From assembly GCA_963422735.1 (NCBI GenBank), contig OY730476.1, positions 4,576,001 through 4,640,000 on the forward strand: a stretch of DNA of 64,000 nucleotides, read 5' to 3'. Below are positions 1 through 9,366 of the stretch, piece after piece. A program made the translations under genes and the position numbers. The notes below the pieces were generated by a model. It had not been told where the DNA came from and searched no databases. It saw only the letters and a program-made list of their open reading frames with translations. This DNA is from Candidatus Latescibacterota bacterium (lineage in GTDB: Bacteria; Latescibacterota; UBA2968; UBA8231). Position 1 is the first letter of the stretch. Each line of letters opens with the position of its first letter.

Positions 1-171
1 TTTTACCAAATGGTCTGTAAATCAGCACGACTCGGCCCTCGAAGTCGCTCAGAGTTGCTTGGCCGCTGTCGAGTCGGTCTAAGAGGAAATCCGGGGCTTT
101 CGGTGCTTGAGCGTCTAGGACTGAAGCCCCCAACACCCTAAACTCGCCCAATGCAACAAAGGTTTGTTCAT
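1..171 (-). pseudogene. TlpA/redoxin-like N-terminal remnant, frameshifted, runs off the window edge
   Basis: AAGGAGGT RBS then ATG at 171 (MNKPLLHWASL). After a frameshift near 140 it reads VLGASVLDAQAPKAPDFLLDRLDSGQATLSDFEGRVVLI, a typical TlpA N-terminus, but the expected FWATWC motif does not follow. Confidence 0.6.
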
Positions 172-182
172 AACCAACCTCC

Positions 183-1043
183 TTAATGTTGCCGCACGAA
201 CTTCTGAATGCGGTGGTCGGTTTGCACTTCCCCCACGTAGAGGTCGCCGCGAGAGTTCATCCAGATGCCGTGGGGACAGCCGAGGAATTCCCCGGGCTGG
301 TCCATGCGCTCTCCCGACCCCCACTGAGCGAGCCATTCGCCGTCGAGGTTGAGAATGCTCACTCGCTGGTCGAGTTCTGCGACATAGACTGTATCCCCGT
401 CGAGGAAGATCGTATCGGGATGGAGAAAGCCGCCCCACTCCTCTAGGTAATTGCCGTCGAGATCGAAGAACTGGATGCGGTTATTCGAGCGGTCGGCCAC
501 CATCAGCCGCCCGCGCTGGTCCACGCGCACGCAATGGGGCAGATCGAACTCCCCCGGGCCAGTGCCCGGACGGCCCCACGTCTTGATGAATTCGCCGTCG
601 GGTGAGTACTTGTGGATGCAGGCGTTGCCGTAGCCGTCGGACACGTAGATACAGCCATCGGCGTCGAGCGCTAAGTCGGTAGGTAGCCGGAAGGGCTGCC
701 CCTCCGCGCCTTCTTGGTCTGGAGTCCCCAAGGTCATCAGCAGCTTACCGTCGCGGGTGAACTGGCGTACGCAGTGGGTTTCGCGTTCGACGCACCAGAT
801 TTGGTCGCGCTCGTCGATAAATATCCCGTGCGCGTCCTTGAGCGCTTCGTTGCCCCACGAGGCGACGAAGCGCCCATCGCGGTCGAAGACGACCATGGGA
901 TGCTCGCTGCGGCTGTACACATAGACCCGATCTTCAGAATCGCAGGCCACGGCTGGAACCCAGCCAAAACGCCAACCCTCCGGCAACTCGAACCAATCCT
1001 GCTGCACTGTATAGGTGAATGCTCCGCTGCCTACTAAGGTCAT
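183..1043 (-). CDS. NHL-repeat beta-propeller protein (peptidyl-alpha-hydroxyglycine amidating lyase-like)
   Basis: Repeated NHL motifs (FRLPTDLA, FDLPHCV, YVSDGYGN, VADRSNNRIQFFD). GAGGAG RBS before ATG 1043. Confidence 0.85.
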   Translation of the reverse strand: MTLVGSGAFTYTVQQDWFELPEGWRFGWVPAVACDSEDRVYVYSRSEHPMVVFDRDGRFVASWGNEALKDAHGIFIDERDQIWCVERETHCVRQFTRDGKLLMTLGTPDQEGAEGQPFRLPTDLALDADGCIYVSDGYGNACIHKYSPDGEFIKTWGRPGTGPGEFDLPHCVRVDQRGRLMVADRSNNRIQFFDLDGNYLEEWGGFLHPDTIFLDGDTVYVAELDQRVSILNLDGEWLAQWGSGERMDQPGEFLGCPHGIWMNSRGDLYVGEVQTDHRIQKFVRQH

Positions 1044-1094
1044 GGGACTCTCCTCTTTACAATTTAGGTGTAAGGGCAACCACGAGGGTTGCCC

Positions 1095-2021
1095 TTACGG
1101 AATACGCCGCAATTTCTCCATTTCGTCGGCGGGCAAAAGCTGTGCGCCGGCCGCGGCGTTGGCGCGGGCTTGGGCCGCCGATTTGGCACCGGGGATGGCC
1201 ACTGGCGCGGCTGGATGGGAAATGACGTACTGGAGTGCTTTTTCCACCATGGACTCTCCGGGCGCGGCGACTTCGGCGAGGTGCTCGACTTGCGCTAGCT
1301 TGGCCTCGAATGCGGCGCGTTGCGGCTTGCCGGCGTTGAAGGACTGCCGCACTTCGTCGGTAAAAACCGACTCCTTCGTGTAGTGCCCAGACAAAAGCCC
1401 CTTGGCCAGCGGCCCCCTCACCAGCACGGCAATGCCCTGCTCTTGGCAATAGGGCAAAAGATCGGCTTCGGCTTGGCGGTTGACCAGCGAATAGTCCACC
1501 TCCACCACCGAGCAGTCGCCCCGGGCGTTGAAGCGCTGGAGCACTTCTAGGCTATCGGTCGAAATGCCAAAGGCCCGCAGCCGCCCTTCCTCCACGAGCG
1601 CGGCAAAAGCATCCAAGTAGATCGATGGGTCGGCGATATTGCCTTCGTGGCACAGCAGCACGTCGTGCCAGTCGGTGCGCAGCCGGTGCAGGGAGGCGTG
1701 GGCGCACAGTCGGATCATATCGACCGTGGTTTTGGGTACGCCCTGCCCGGTGCGCGCACCCCAATTGCCGATTTTGCTGACTACAAAAACTTGGTGCCGG
1801 ATACTGGCCAAGGCGCGCCCCAACCGCTCCTCCGACAGCCCGTTGGGCGTGCCGTAGGACTCGGCCGCGTCGAAGAGATTGACGCCGCAGTCAAAAGCCG
1901 TGCGCACAGTATCCCAAGCCGTGGCCTCGTCGATAGGCCCCCACTGGTTGCCGATGTTCCAAGTTCCCAAACCGATGGCCGATACCTGCCAGCCCGTCCG
2001 GCCAAATGCTCTGTACAACAT
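1095..2021 (-). CDS. Aldo/keto reductase
   Basis: GRTGWQVSAIGLGTW, FDAAESYG, IPGAKS motifs. Confidence 0.9.
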   Translation of the reverse strand: MLYRAFGRTGWQVSAIGLGTWNIGNQWGPIDEATAWDTVRTAFDCGVNLFDAAESYGTPNGLSEERLGRALASIRHQVFVVSKIGNWGARTGQGVPKTTVDMIRLCAHASLHRLRTDWHDVLLCHEGNIADPSIYLDAFAALVEEGRLRAFGISTDSLEVLQRFNARGDCSVVEVDYSLVNRQAEADLLPYCQEQGIAVLVRGPLAKGLLSGHYTKESVFTDEVRQSFNAGKPQRAAFEAKLAQVEHLAEVAAPGESMVEKALQYVISHPAAPVAIPGAKSAAQARANAAAGAQLLPADEMEKLRRIP

Positions 2022-2149
2022 TATGTGGTCTCCTTTCCGCGATTCAAGGTAAACGACCGCCTGCGTCGGTCAAGCGGTGCGCGTTGCCGGGGGCCGCCGA
2101 GGTTCCTACTTTTCAGAGGTTAGCCCTCCCACCACTGACCGGGGGGCGA

Positions 2150-2186
2150 GTTGGGGCTGGCCACTAACCACTAACCACTAACCACT
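2150..2186 (+). repeat. Heptamer tandem repeat (CCACTAA)x3.7 within a dispersed repeat unit
   Basis: ccactaa ccactaa ccactaa ccact at 2161-2186. 2150-2179 is an inverted copy (28/30) of 4099-4128. Confidence 0.85.
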
Positions 2187-2198
2187 TTGGAGGAGGCT

Positions 2199-2399
2199 AT
2201 GGAATACTTTGGCAAAGGGTTGTACCTAATTTTCTTCGCGCTAGTCTTCTGGTTCGTCCATCAGGCTCAAGGCCGCGGCCTCAACCGCCTCGTCGAGGAC
2301 AACCACCGGGCACACAAGAGGGTTCACCGAACCCTAAAGAAGCACCCGGAGGGCGGCACTTGGCGCCAATACAAGCAGTGGATGGAGGACGCAGTATGA
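2199..2399 (+). CDS. Small hypothetical membrane protein
   Basis: GGAGGAGG RBS, N-terminal hydrophobic helix, stop overlaps the msrA start (ATGA). Confidence 0.6.
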   Translation: MEYFGKGLYLIFFALVFWFVHQAQGRGLNRLVEDNHRAHKRVHRTLKKHPEGGTWRQYKQWMEDAV

Positions 2400-2938
2400 G
2401 TTTGGAAACTACCAACTTGGGCGCAGGTTGCTTCTGGTGCGTCGAAGCCGTGTACCAAGATCTGCGGGGGGTCGCCAGTGCGGTCTCCGGCTATATGGGC
2501 GGCGCGTTGGAAAAACCCACGTACCAAGCCGTTTGCAGCGGCCAGACCGGCCACGCCGAGGTCGTACAAGTACAATTCGACCCCGCGGTCATTAGCTTTG
2601 CCGATTTGCTCTACATCTTCTGGCGTACGCACGACCCCACCACGCTCAACCGCCAGGGCGCGGACTGCGGCACCCAGTACCGCTCGGTGATTTTCTACCA
2701 CAGCCCGGAGCAGCAAGCGATGGCTGTCGCCTCCAAAGCTGCTGCGGACGCAAGCGACCTTTGGGCCGATCCGATTGTTACTGAGATCGCGCCCGCCCGC
2801 GCCTTTTGGCCGGCCGAGTCGTACCACCAAAACTACTACCGGCTCAATTCCAACCAGCCCTACTGCTCGATAGTCATCAATCCCAAGATGCAGGCGTTTC
2901 GCCAGAAGTTTGCCGACCGCCTCCAGCCGACTGCCTAG
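2396..2938 (+). CDS. msrA: Peptide-methionine (S)-S-oxide reductase
   Basis: GAGCFWC, GHAEVV, HDPTTLNRQG, GTQYRS, AESYHQNYY, YC motifs. Confidence 0.96.
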   Translation: MSLETTNLGAGCFWCVEAVYQDLRGVASAVSGYMGGALEKPTYQAVCSGQTGHAEVVQVQFDPAVISFADLLYIFWRTHDPTTLNRQGADCGTQYRSVIFYHSPEQQAMAVASKAAADASDLWADPIVTEIAPARAFWPAESYHQNYYRLNSNQPYCSIVINPKMQAFRQKFADRLQPTA

Positions 2939-2943
2939 GCGTC

Positions 2944-4095
2944 GTGTCCACCGCCATCAGTCGGCTGCACGCCGCGGATTTTGAAGAGGCCCTCGATGTC
3001 CTCAACCTCGCCTTTGGCAAAGCGCCACCCCGGGATTTTGAGGCCATTTTGCCGGCCCTGTACCAGTGCGGGGAAGAGGAGATGAACTGGAATTTTGCCT
3101 TGCGCGAAAGCGGTCGCATCCGAGCCGTCGTCGGGCTGTTTCCCCTTGCCTATCGCTGGGGAGGTGAGACCCTGCGCGTGGCCGGCATCGGCGGCGTCTC
3201 CTGCCATCCGCACGCCCGCGGCCGCGGCCACATGCAAAAGCTCATGGCCCATTGCGTCCAAGTCGCGCCCGCAGAGGGTTTTCACCTGTCTTGGCTGGGG
3301 GGGCAGCGCCAGCGCTACGGCTATTTCGGCTACGAGAAGTGCGGCGTTTACTACCGGCTTACAGTGAGCCAAACCAATGTGCGCCACGCCTTGGGAGCAG
3401 CCGATTTTGGGATTGACTTTCGCCCGCTCGTGCGCGAGGACCGCACGCACCTGCAAGGCGTGATCGGCCTGCACGACGCCCAGCCGTTTCGCGGGGTGCG
3501 CGCTCCGCACCGCTTCTACGATCTGCTCCTGAGTTGGGGGCACCAGCCCTACGTGGCCCGCTCGCGCGATGGCCGCATGATCGGCTACCTCGTGGCCCAA
3601 GCCGACCGGATGTGCATCACCGAACTGTTAGCCGTCAATGAGGGCGAGCCTGAGCTGGACATAGCCGCTGCTTGGGTGCAGCGCCACGGGAATACCTGCT
3701 TCGAGTTGCCGCCTTGGAGCCGCCTCCTGCCCAAGCTGGCCCGGCTCTGCGAAGGCGCCAGCGCGTCGAGTTCAGGCAATTGGCAGATTTTCGATTGGGC
3801 GACGACGCTCGACGCCTTGCTCAAGACGCGCTCCGCGCTGGTGCCCCTAATGGACGGCGCGGTCGTCGTGGAAATCGCGGGCTACGGCCGGGTCGCGCTG
3901 GAGGTGCGAGACAATGCCGCGCAGTGCGTCCGCACTGAGGCTGCAGCCGCGCTGCAAATGGACACTTTCGCGGCCATGCGCCTGCTCTGCGGCCCCCTGC
4001 CGCCCTCGCTCGTGTTGCCCCTGCCTCCTGCGGCCGCCCCACTTGAACAGTGGTGCCCCCTGCCGCTTTTTTGGGGTCGCCAAGACGCGGTCTAA
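2944..4095 (+). CDS. Eis-like GNAT acetyltransferase
   Basis: AGIGGVSCHPHARGRGHM acetyl-CoA loop, RYGYFGYE, about 380 aa Eis-type length. Confidence 0.8.
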   Translation: MSTAISRLHAADFEEALDVLNLAFGKAPPRDFEAILPALYQCGEEEMNWNFALRESGRIRAVVGLFPLAYRWGGETLRVAGIGGVSCHPHARGRGHMQKLMAHCVQVAPAEGFHLSWLGGQRQRYGYFGYEKCGVYYRLTVSQTNVRHALGAADFGIDFRPLVREDRTHLQGVIGLHDAQPFRGVRAPHRFYDLLLSWGHQPYVARSRDGRMIGYLVAQADRMCITELLAVNEGEPELDIAAAWVQRHGNTCFELPPWSRLLPKLARLCEGASASSSGNWQIFDWATTLDALLKTRSALVPLMDGAVVVEIAGYGRVALEVRDNAAQCVRTEAAAALQMDTFAAMRLLCGPLPPSLVLPLPPAAAPLEQWCPLPLFWGRQDAV

Positions 4096-4098
4096 GAT

Positions 4099-4162
4099 AG
4101 TAGTTAGTGGTTAGTGGCCAGTCCCAACCCGTGGCGGTGAGGAAACCAAATACTAACCACTG
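4099..4162. repeat. Palindromic REP-like unit of the CCACTAA family between convergent genes
   Basis: AGTGGTTAGT (4106-4115) is complementary to ACTAACCACT (4152-4161); inverted copy of 2150-2179. Confidence 0.75.
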
Positions 4163-5089
4163 CTAAGGCGTCAATACCCGCTCGGTGAATAGCTCGAGAA
4201 AGTGCGTCTGCTCAATGTCCACTGCACAGGCTACGGGCCGCCCCAGCCGCTTTTGGTCGCTCGCCAAGGCGCGCTGATCAACTACCAACTGCCCGGCGGT
4301 CAGTTCGCCGGTGGTCTCCACGTCCACCCACAGTTGCTGTGTGCAAAAGAGTTGCGGCCACAGGGCCACCCCCAAGGCCACTGGGTCGTGCAAGTGCATT
4401 CCGGCAAACCCGTAGTGCGCGAACTCAAAGGCTATCACCGGCTCACACGCTGCTTGGCAAAACGCAGCGCGCGTCCCTTCGCAAGCTTGCAAGGTGGCCT
4501 GCTCTAGCCAGACCTGTTCGGTGACGTCCAGCCCCACCAACACCAGATCGGCCGCGGCCGCGAGGACTTGGTGCGCCGCGTGCGGATCGGCGTAGAAATT
4601 GAACTCAGCCGTTGGCGTGACATTGCCCGGCACTCGCCCGGCCCCGCCCATGATCACCACTTGACGCGCCCGCCGCAGCACGCCCGGCACCCGTTCCTCG
4701 GCTCGCGCCAAGTTAGTCAACGGCCCGGTGGAAACGAGGGTCACCTCTCCGGGGCGCACCTGCAAGGTGCTTAGCAGAAATTCCACCCCGTCACCCGCCG
4801 GCGATCTACGCGCCTTGGGTAGCTGGGCCGCGCCCAGTCCCGTCGCGCCGTGTACGTTCGCTGCGGCGACCGCGTCCCGCACCAAGGGCTGTTCGGCACC
4901 GGCGTACACTGGAACGTCGGCCCGCCCCGCCCACTGCAATAGGCGCAGTGTGTTGTCGGTCGTCCGCTGCAGCGACACATTGCCGGCCACCGTAGAGACA
5001 CCCACCAACTCAACCTCGGGCGAGGACAAGGCCAAAAGCAGGGCGAGGGCGTCGTCAACGCCCGTATCGACGTCCATAATCAGAGGCAT
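4163..5089 (-). CDS. Inosine/uridine-preferring nucleoside hydrolase
   Basis: DVDTGVDDA, GPLTNLA, AEFNFYADP, LHDP motifs. Confidence 0.93.
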   Translation of the reverse strand: MPLIMDVDTGVDDALALLLALSSPEVELVGVSTVAGNVSLQRTTDNTLRLLQWAGRADVPVYAGAEQPLVRDAVAAANVHGATGLGAAQLPKARRSPAGDGVEFLLSTLQVRPGEVTLVSTGPLTNLARAEERVPGVLRRARQVVIMGGAGRVPGNVTPTAEFNFYADPHAAHQVLAAAADLVLVGLDVTEQVWLEQATLQACEGTRAAFCQAACEPVIAFEFAHYGFAGMHLHDPVALGVALWPQLFCTQQLWVDVETTGELTAGQLVVDQRALASDQKRLGRPVACAVDIEQTHFLELFTERVLTP

Positions 5090-5113
5090 TGCAGGCAATG
5101 TCGCTCGTCTCGC

Positions 5114-5527
5114 TTATCTTGCGACTTGGGCACTGATGATCAAGTGCTCGACCCAATCGTCCCCAGTGTTGCAAAGCTGGTGCTTGACCTTCGGCGGAAT
5201 GTGTACCGCGTCGCCCTCGCGCACCTCGTACATCTCCCCGTCGATCTTCATCCGTCCTTGGCCACTGAGGAAGTAGTACACTTGCTCGGTGGCCTCGTGC
5301 TCGTGGTAATCACCTTCTAGCCCCCCTTGCAGGCGATGCAGCGTCAGTCCGGAAAATCCCCGGAGTACGGCCTCGTTCTCGTCCAGTCCTTCGGTGCTCT
5401 GGGCGCGGAAGATCGACCAGATCAGTTTGGATTGATGCCCGACGACGGGCGTGACGTTGCGCCAATTGCGAATGACCAAAATGTCCTCCTTTGATTCGTG
5501 CCAGTGAAGTTCGTCGATCCCCGCCAA
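5114..5527 (-). CDS. Cupin domain protein
   Basis: HEHEATEQVYYFLSG and GDAVHIPPKVKH cupin motifs. Confidence 0.85.
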   Translation of the reverse strand: MAGIDELHWHESKEDILVIRNWRNVTPVVGHQSKLIWSIFRAQSTEGLDENEAVLRGFSGLTLHRLQGGLEGDYHEHEATEQVYYFLSGQGRMKIDGEMYEVREGDAVHIPPKVKHQLCNTGDDWVEHLIISAQVAR

Positions 5528-5649
5528 CGCGGGGACCGGCTTAACATACTAAACGGCAAGCCGCGGACAAAAAGCGCCCTGTTGCCGACGCGCCGTTTAC
5601 TTAGATTTGTCCCCAAATACCCGTCCCCCCAACCGAGGGAGTAGCTATT

Positions 5650-6543
5650 ATGACTACCGCCTCCATCGACATAGCACCCCTGCCACAAGCCACCTTCGGC
5701 AAGACCGACGAACCCGTCCCCTTGCTCGGCTTGGGCACGGCCCCCGGCGGCATGGGCCTAGCAGACGCGGACGCCATTGCGCTTTTTGAGCGGGCCATTG
5801 ACCTCGGCGTTACCTACATCGACACAGCCCCCGGCTACGAGCGCGCCCAAAGCCAACTCGCCCAGATCGTCCCCCATTGCCGACGCGAGCTGTTTTTGGT
5901 CAGCAAGGCCCACACAGCCCACTACCAAGAAGCGCTCGATATCGTCGAAAAGAACTTGGACGCCTTGGGCACCGACCATCTGGACCTGATGTACGTTCAC
6001 TCGCTGGGCCACTTAGACTTAGAACAAGTGCTGGCTAAAGACGGTGCCCTCGCCGGCTTGCGCGAAGCGCAGCAGCGCGGTTGGACCCGCTATATCGGCA
6101 TCACTGCTCACCACGCGCCTTGGAAGTCCGCCAAGGTTCTGCGCGAGGTCGAAATTGATGCCTGCATGTTCGCCCTCAACTTCGTCGACTGCCACATCTA
6201 CAACTTCGAGGAGGCGGTCCTACCCTTGGCCCGCGCCCAGAACGCTGGCGTCGCCGCGATGAAGGTGTACGGCGGGGCTATCGACATGGAGTACGACAAG
6301 CCCCGGCCCTCGGAGATGGCCCACAGCGGCTTTGACGATCACGAGAGGGCACTGCGCTACGCCTTGGGATTGCCGGGGGTAAGTCTGGCGGTCATTGGAG
6401 TATATAACGAAGAGGAGTTGCTACAGAACATCAAATGGGTGCGGCGCTATGCGCCGTTAGATGCTGGCCAACAGCAGGCACTTCTAGCGCAGGGGCGGGA
6501 TATAGCCCGCCAATGGGGGCCGCACTACGGGCCGGTGGAGTGA
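5650..6543 (+). CDS. Aldo/keto reductase
   Basis: LGLGT, YIDTAPGY, LFLVSK, DLMYVH, AMK motifs. Confidence 0.9.
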   Translation: MTTASIDIAPLPQATFGKTDEPVPLLGLGTAPGGMGLADADAIALFERAIDLGVTYIDTAPGYERAQSQLAQIVPHCRRELFLVSKAHTAHYQEALDIVEKNLDALGTDHLDLMYVHSLGHLDLEQVLAKDGALAGLREAQQRGWTRYIGITAHHAPWKSAKVLREVEIDACMFALNFVDCHIYNFEEAVLPLARAQNAGVAAMKVYGGAIDMEYDKPRPSEMAHSGFDDHERALRYALGLPGVSLAVIGVYNEEELLQNIKWVRRYAPLDAGQQQALLAQGRDIARQWGPHYGPVE

Positions 6544-6573
6544 GCCTTAATACAAAACATCAATGGGGAATTT

Positions 6574-7707
6574 ATGAAAATCACCAATGTTAAATCCTTT
6601 GTTGCATCAAGCGGCCATTTTTTCGTGAAGGTAGAAACCGATGCTGGCATCTACGGTCTCGGTGAAGGTGGCTTAAGACGGCGTACCCTCGCTTTGGCCG
6701 AAGTAGTTCGCTCTTTTGAACCATTTCTCATCGGTGCAGACCCGTTCCAAATTGAACATCTGTGGCAAGTGATGTTCCGCGGTGGCTTCTTTCCTGGCGG
6801 GGTCGTCCAAGCCGCCGCAGTGAGTGCCGTAGATATCGCACTCTGGGACATCAAAGGGAAAGCACTAAATGTTCCTGTGTACGAACTTTTAGGCGGACGC
6901 ACGAGAGACAAAGTCGTCTGCTATCCGCACAACAGCGGCGACGCGATTGATGCCCTCGTTGAGAGCTGTCGCAAAACGCATGAGGCCGGTTGGAAGTTCG
7001 TCCGCTGGGGCTTGGCTGATGGGGCAGACAAAGGGACGTTTGAACCCAGACGCGCCATCCGGTACAGTGTCGAGCAGGTGGAAGCCGTTCGCAATGCATT
7101 AGGCGGCCATGTCCAAATAGTAGTTGACGTGCATACTCGTCTTGACCCAGCGGATAGCCTCGATTTCTGCAACAAGATGGCTCCCTACGATCCGTTTTTC
7201 ATTGAAGATCCACTGCGGAGTGAAAACCCAGCCAGTCTCAGGCGGCTCCGCCAACAGACCTCCGTCCCGCTTGCTGTTGGTGAACAATTTGATAGCAAGT
7301 GGACATTCAGAGAAGTCATTGAGGAGGACCTGATGGATTACTGCCGCGTTGACCTGTGCATTGCCGGTGGATTGACAGAGGCTCGTAAAATTGCCGGGTG
7401 GTGCGAAACGCATTACATCCATCTGGCGCCACACAATCCGCTCGGCCCTGTTTCCACCGCAGCCTGTCTGCATCTCTGTTTAGCATCCTCACTTGTCGGT
7501 GTCCAGGAACTCCCACGTGCGCCGATGTCCTCTCTCACCGATGAGTTTCCGGTGCAGGTGCCGTTTGAATCTGGTTACCTCTTACCTCCCGAAGCCCCTG
7601 GTCTCGGTATTGAATTCAACGAAGCAGCACTCACCAACGTGTCAACACAGGACTACGGACCACCCACCGGCTATCAGCGCGATGACGGCTCCTACACAAA
7701 TTGGTAA
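6574..7707 (+). CDS. Mandelate racemase/galactonate dehydratase-like enolase superfamily protein
   Basis: DIALWDIKGKALNVPVYELLGG, VDVH, FIEDP, GE, APHNP. Visibly lower GC than neighbours. Confidence 0.9.
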   Translation: MKITNVKSFVASSGHFFVKVETDAGIYGLGEGGLRRRTLALAEVVRSFEPFLIGADPFQIEHLWQVMFRGGFFPGGVVQAAAVSAVDIALWDIKGKALNVPVYELLGGRTRDKVVCYPHNSGDAIDALVESCRKTHEAGWKFVRWGLADGADKGTFEPRRAIRYSVEQVEAVRNALGGHVQIVVDVHTRLDPADSLDFCNKMAPYDPFFIEDPLRSENPASLRRLRQQTSVPLAVGEQFDSKWTFREVIEEDLMDYCRVDLCIAGGLTEARKIAGWCETHYIHLAPHNPLGPVSTAACLHLCLASSLVGVQELPRAPMSSLTDEFPVQVPFESGYLLPPEAPGLGIEFNEAALTNVSTQDYGPPTGYQRDDGSYTNW

Positions 7708-7745
7708 GGATTTAAAGAATGGGAGCTGCACGTTAAGTTCACAAG

Positions 7746-7781
7746 AACGCCCCGACATCGAACATGCCGGGGCGTTTTTTT
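7746..7781 (+). terminator. Rho-independent terminator
   Basis: AACGCCCCG...CGGGGCGTT hairpin followed by a T-run, 39 bp after the stop codon. Confidence 0.8.
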
Positions 7782-7800
7782 GTGCCGTTGTTTTGCATCA

Positions 7801-9325
7801 CTAAGGATTGGCAACAGTAGTGTTTCCATAAGTGGATTGCACGACATGTTCCATAGAATCGATTTCCTCATCCGCTAGGTCCTTAAAGTGACTTGCGCGT
7901 TTTCGTGCGGACAGTCGGCCGTTATTTTGGAGGCAAAAACGAATGAAGAGATCAATCTGTCGGTCGGGCATATCTACGATGTCTTGGATAGCTTGTTTGG
8001 TCGCATCGTAGTTGGCTAGGAATGCCAGTTCGCGGGCGAGTTCGGTATCGATAGTCTGATCTATGAAGCGAAAAAGTGCCTCCGCTTGGGGTCATGTCGA
8101 TGTAGCGGTACCATATAGCGGTATCGTTATGCACAGTCAAGCGTCCATCTTGGTCGAGTGTGTAGTCCACTAGGAACATTAGCTGTCGGGAGAACGCATC
8201 GAGGGAAGCGTCATAGTCAGCTATATTCTTTAGCATGACCGCCGATATGGGAAACATAACGCTTTCGGGTGTAAAGCCGCGGCGAGCGAGAATATTGTGA
8301 ATCAAGAAGCGGTGGATTCGGCCATTGCCGCCCTCAAATGGGTGCAGAAAGGCGAATCCATAGGCGATGGCGGCCGCTTGAATCACAGGTGAGATAGTGC
8401 CGGCTTTCATGCGTTTGTGAGTGGCTACCAAGCCTTCCATCAGGTCGGCTAAATCGCCGGGCTTTGGGGCCGGCCACAAAGTGGATATGCTCTTTCTGCC
8501 GAGCCACGCTCTGCCCGACGTAATTTTGGGTGATTCGATAGTCGGCATCGCGGAACCGGGCGTCAACGATGCGGTTTTGTAAGTCAATTAACCACGGTTT
8601 TCGACAAAAGCCCTCCTGCTCGGCCAGTTGGAGCAGTGCCACGAAGCGTTCGGTTCGGGTTGGGGTGAAGGTGATGTGTTCGATTTCAAATGACGATTTC
8701 GTTTCCTTGGTGTACAGGTAGCTGAGCGCGCGCTTCAACAATAATTCTGGAGCATAACGAGACACCACTTGCCGGCATCTCGTATGCAACTCGTCCGTTT
8801 CAAAGTTTCGCAGAATATCAGTACGACGAACTGTTGGACAGAACCGGCATTCACCAGGCAGGTTGTCATTGACCCGTTGACGGCGAATTTGTCGAGCAGG
8901 CACAACCGTATAATAGGTGTCCGGTTCGAGGAGCTCGATGTAGCTCCCTCGCTTCAAGTCATCTAGCGGGAGTATCTTCCCGGTCAGGAACTCATAGAGA
9001 AACCACAAGCACCTGACATACTTCCCATTCGGTTTCGAGAGGACATAGTCGAGGAAATCGTCCTCTGATGCTTTCTGGAACAAGCTGGCGAGAATTGCGA
9101 GATTCGTCCCGTCATACTTGAGAGCAAATTCCAGATGGTCGCCCAGTGTTTCCCCAGGCCAGTACTTGGGGGGTAAACTTCTTTGATGATGCCTCCGCGG
9201 GAATCGATCCGGTGGGTTCCGCTGGTGATCACCAAGGATGTATGCCAATTCGGGATGACGTCGAGTTCGTACTGTTCAATTAGTGCTGCGTACCCCGCGA
9301 GCTTGTACATCTCGTGTTTAGCCAT
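7801..9325 (-). pseudogene. Fic family protein, split by about 3 frameshifts
   Basis: HPFEGGNGRIHR Fic motif. Coding sense continues across 8984-9325, 8334-9248, 7952-8587 and a final frame ending at 7801 (…DIVDMPDRQIDLFIRFCLQNNGRLS…). Confidence 0.85.
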
Positions 9326-9366
9326 AGCGCGTTATGGTTATTTTTCGGCAAATAGCAAAAAAACAC

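Noticed and set aside
28-130. Hairpins suggesting an IS end or ncRNA
   Set aside because: Better explained as coding remnant of a TlpA-like gene on the minus strand.
2161-2186. Possible CRISPR or telomere-like array
   Set aside because: Only 3.7 heptamer units, no spacers and no cas genes.
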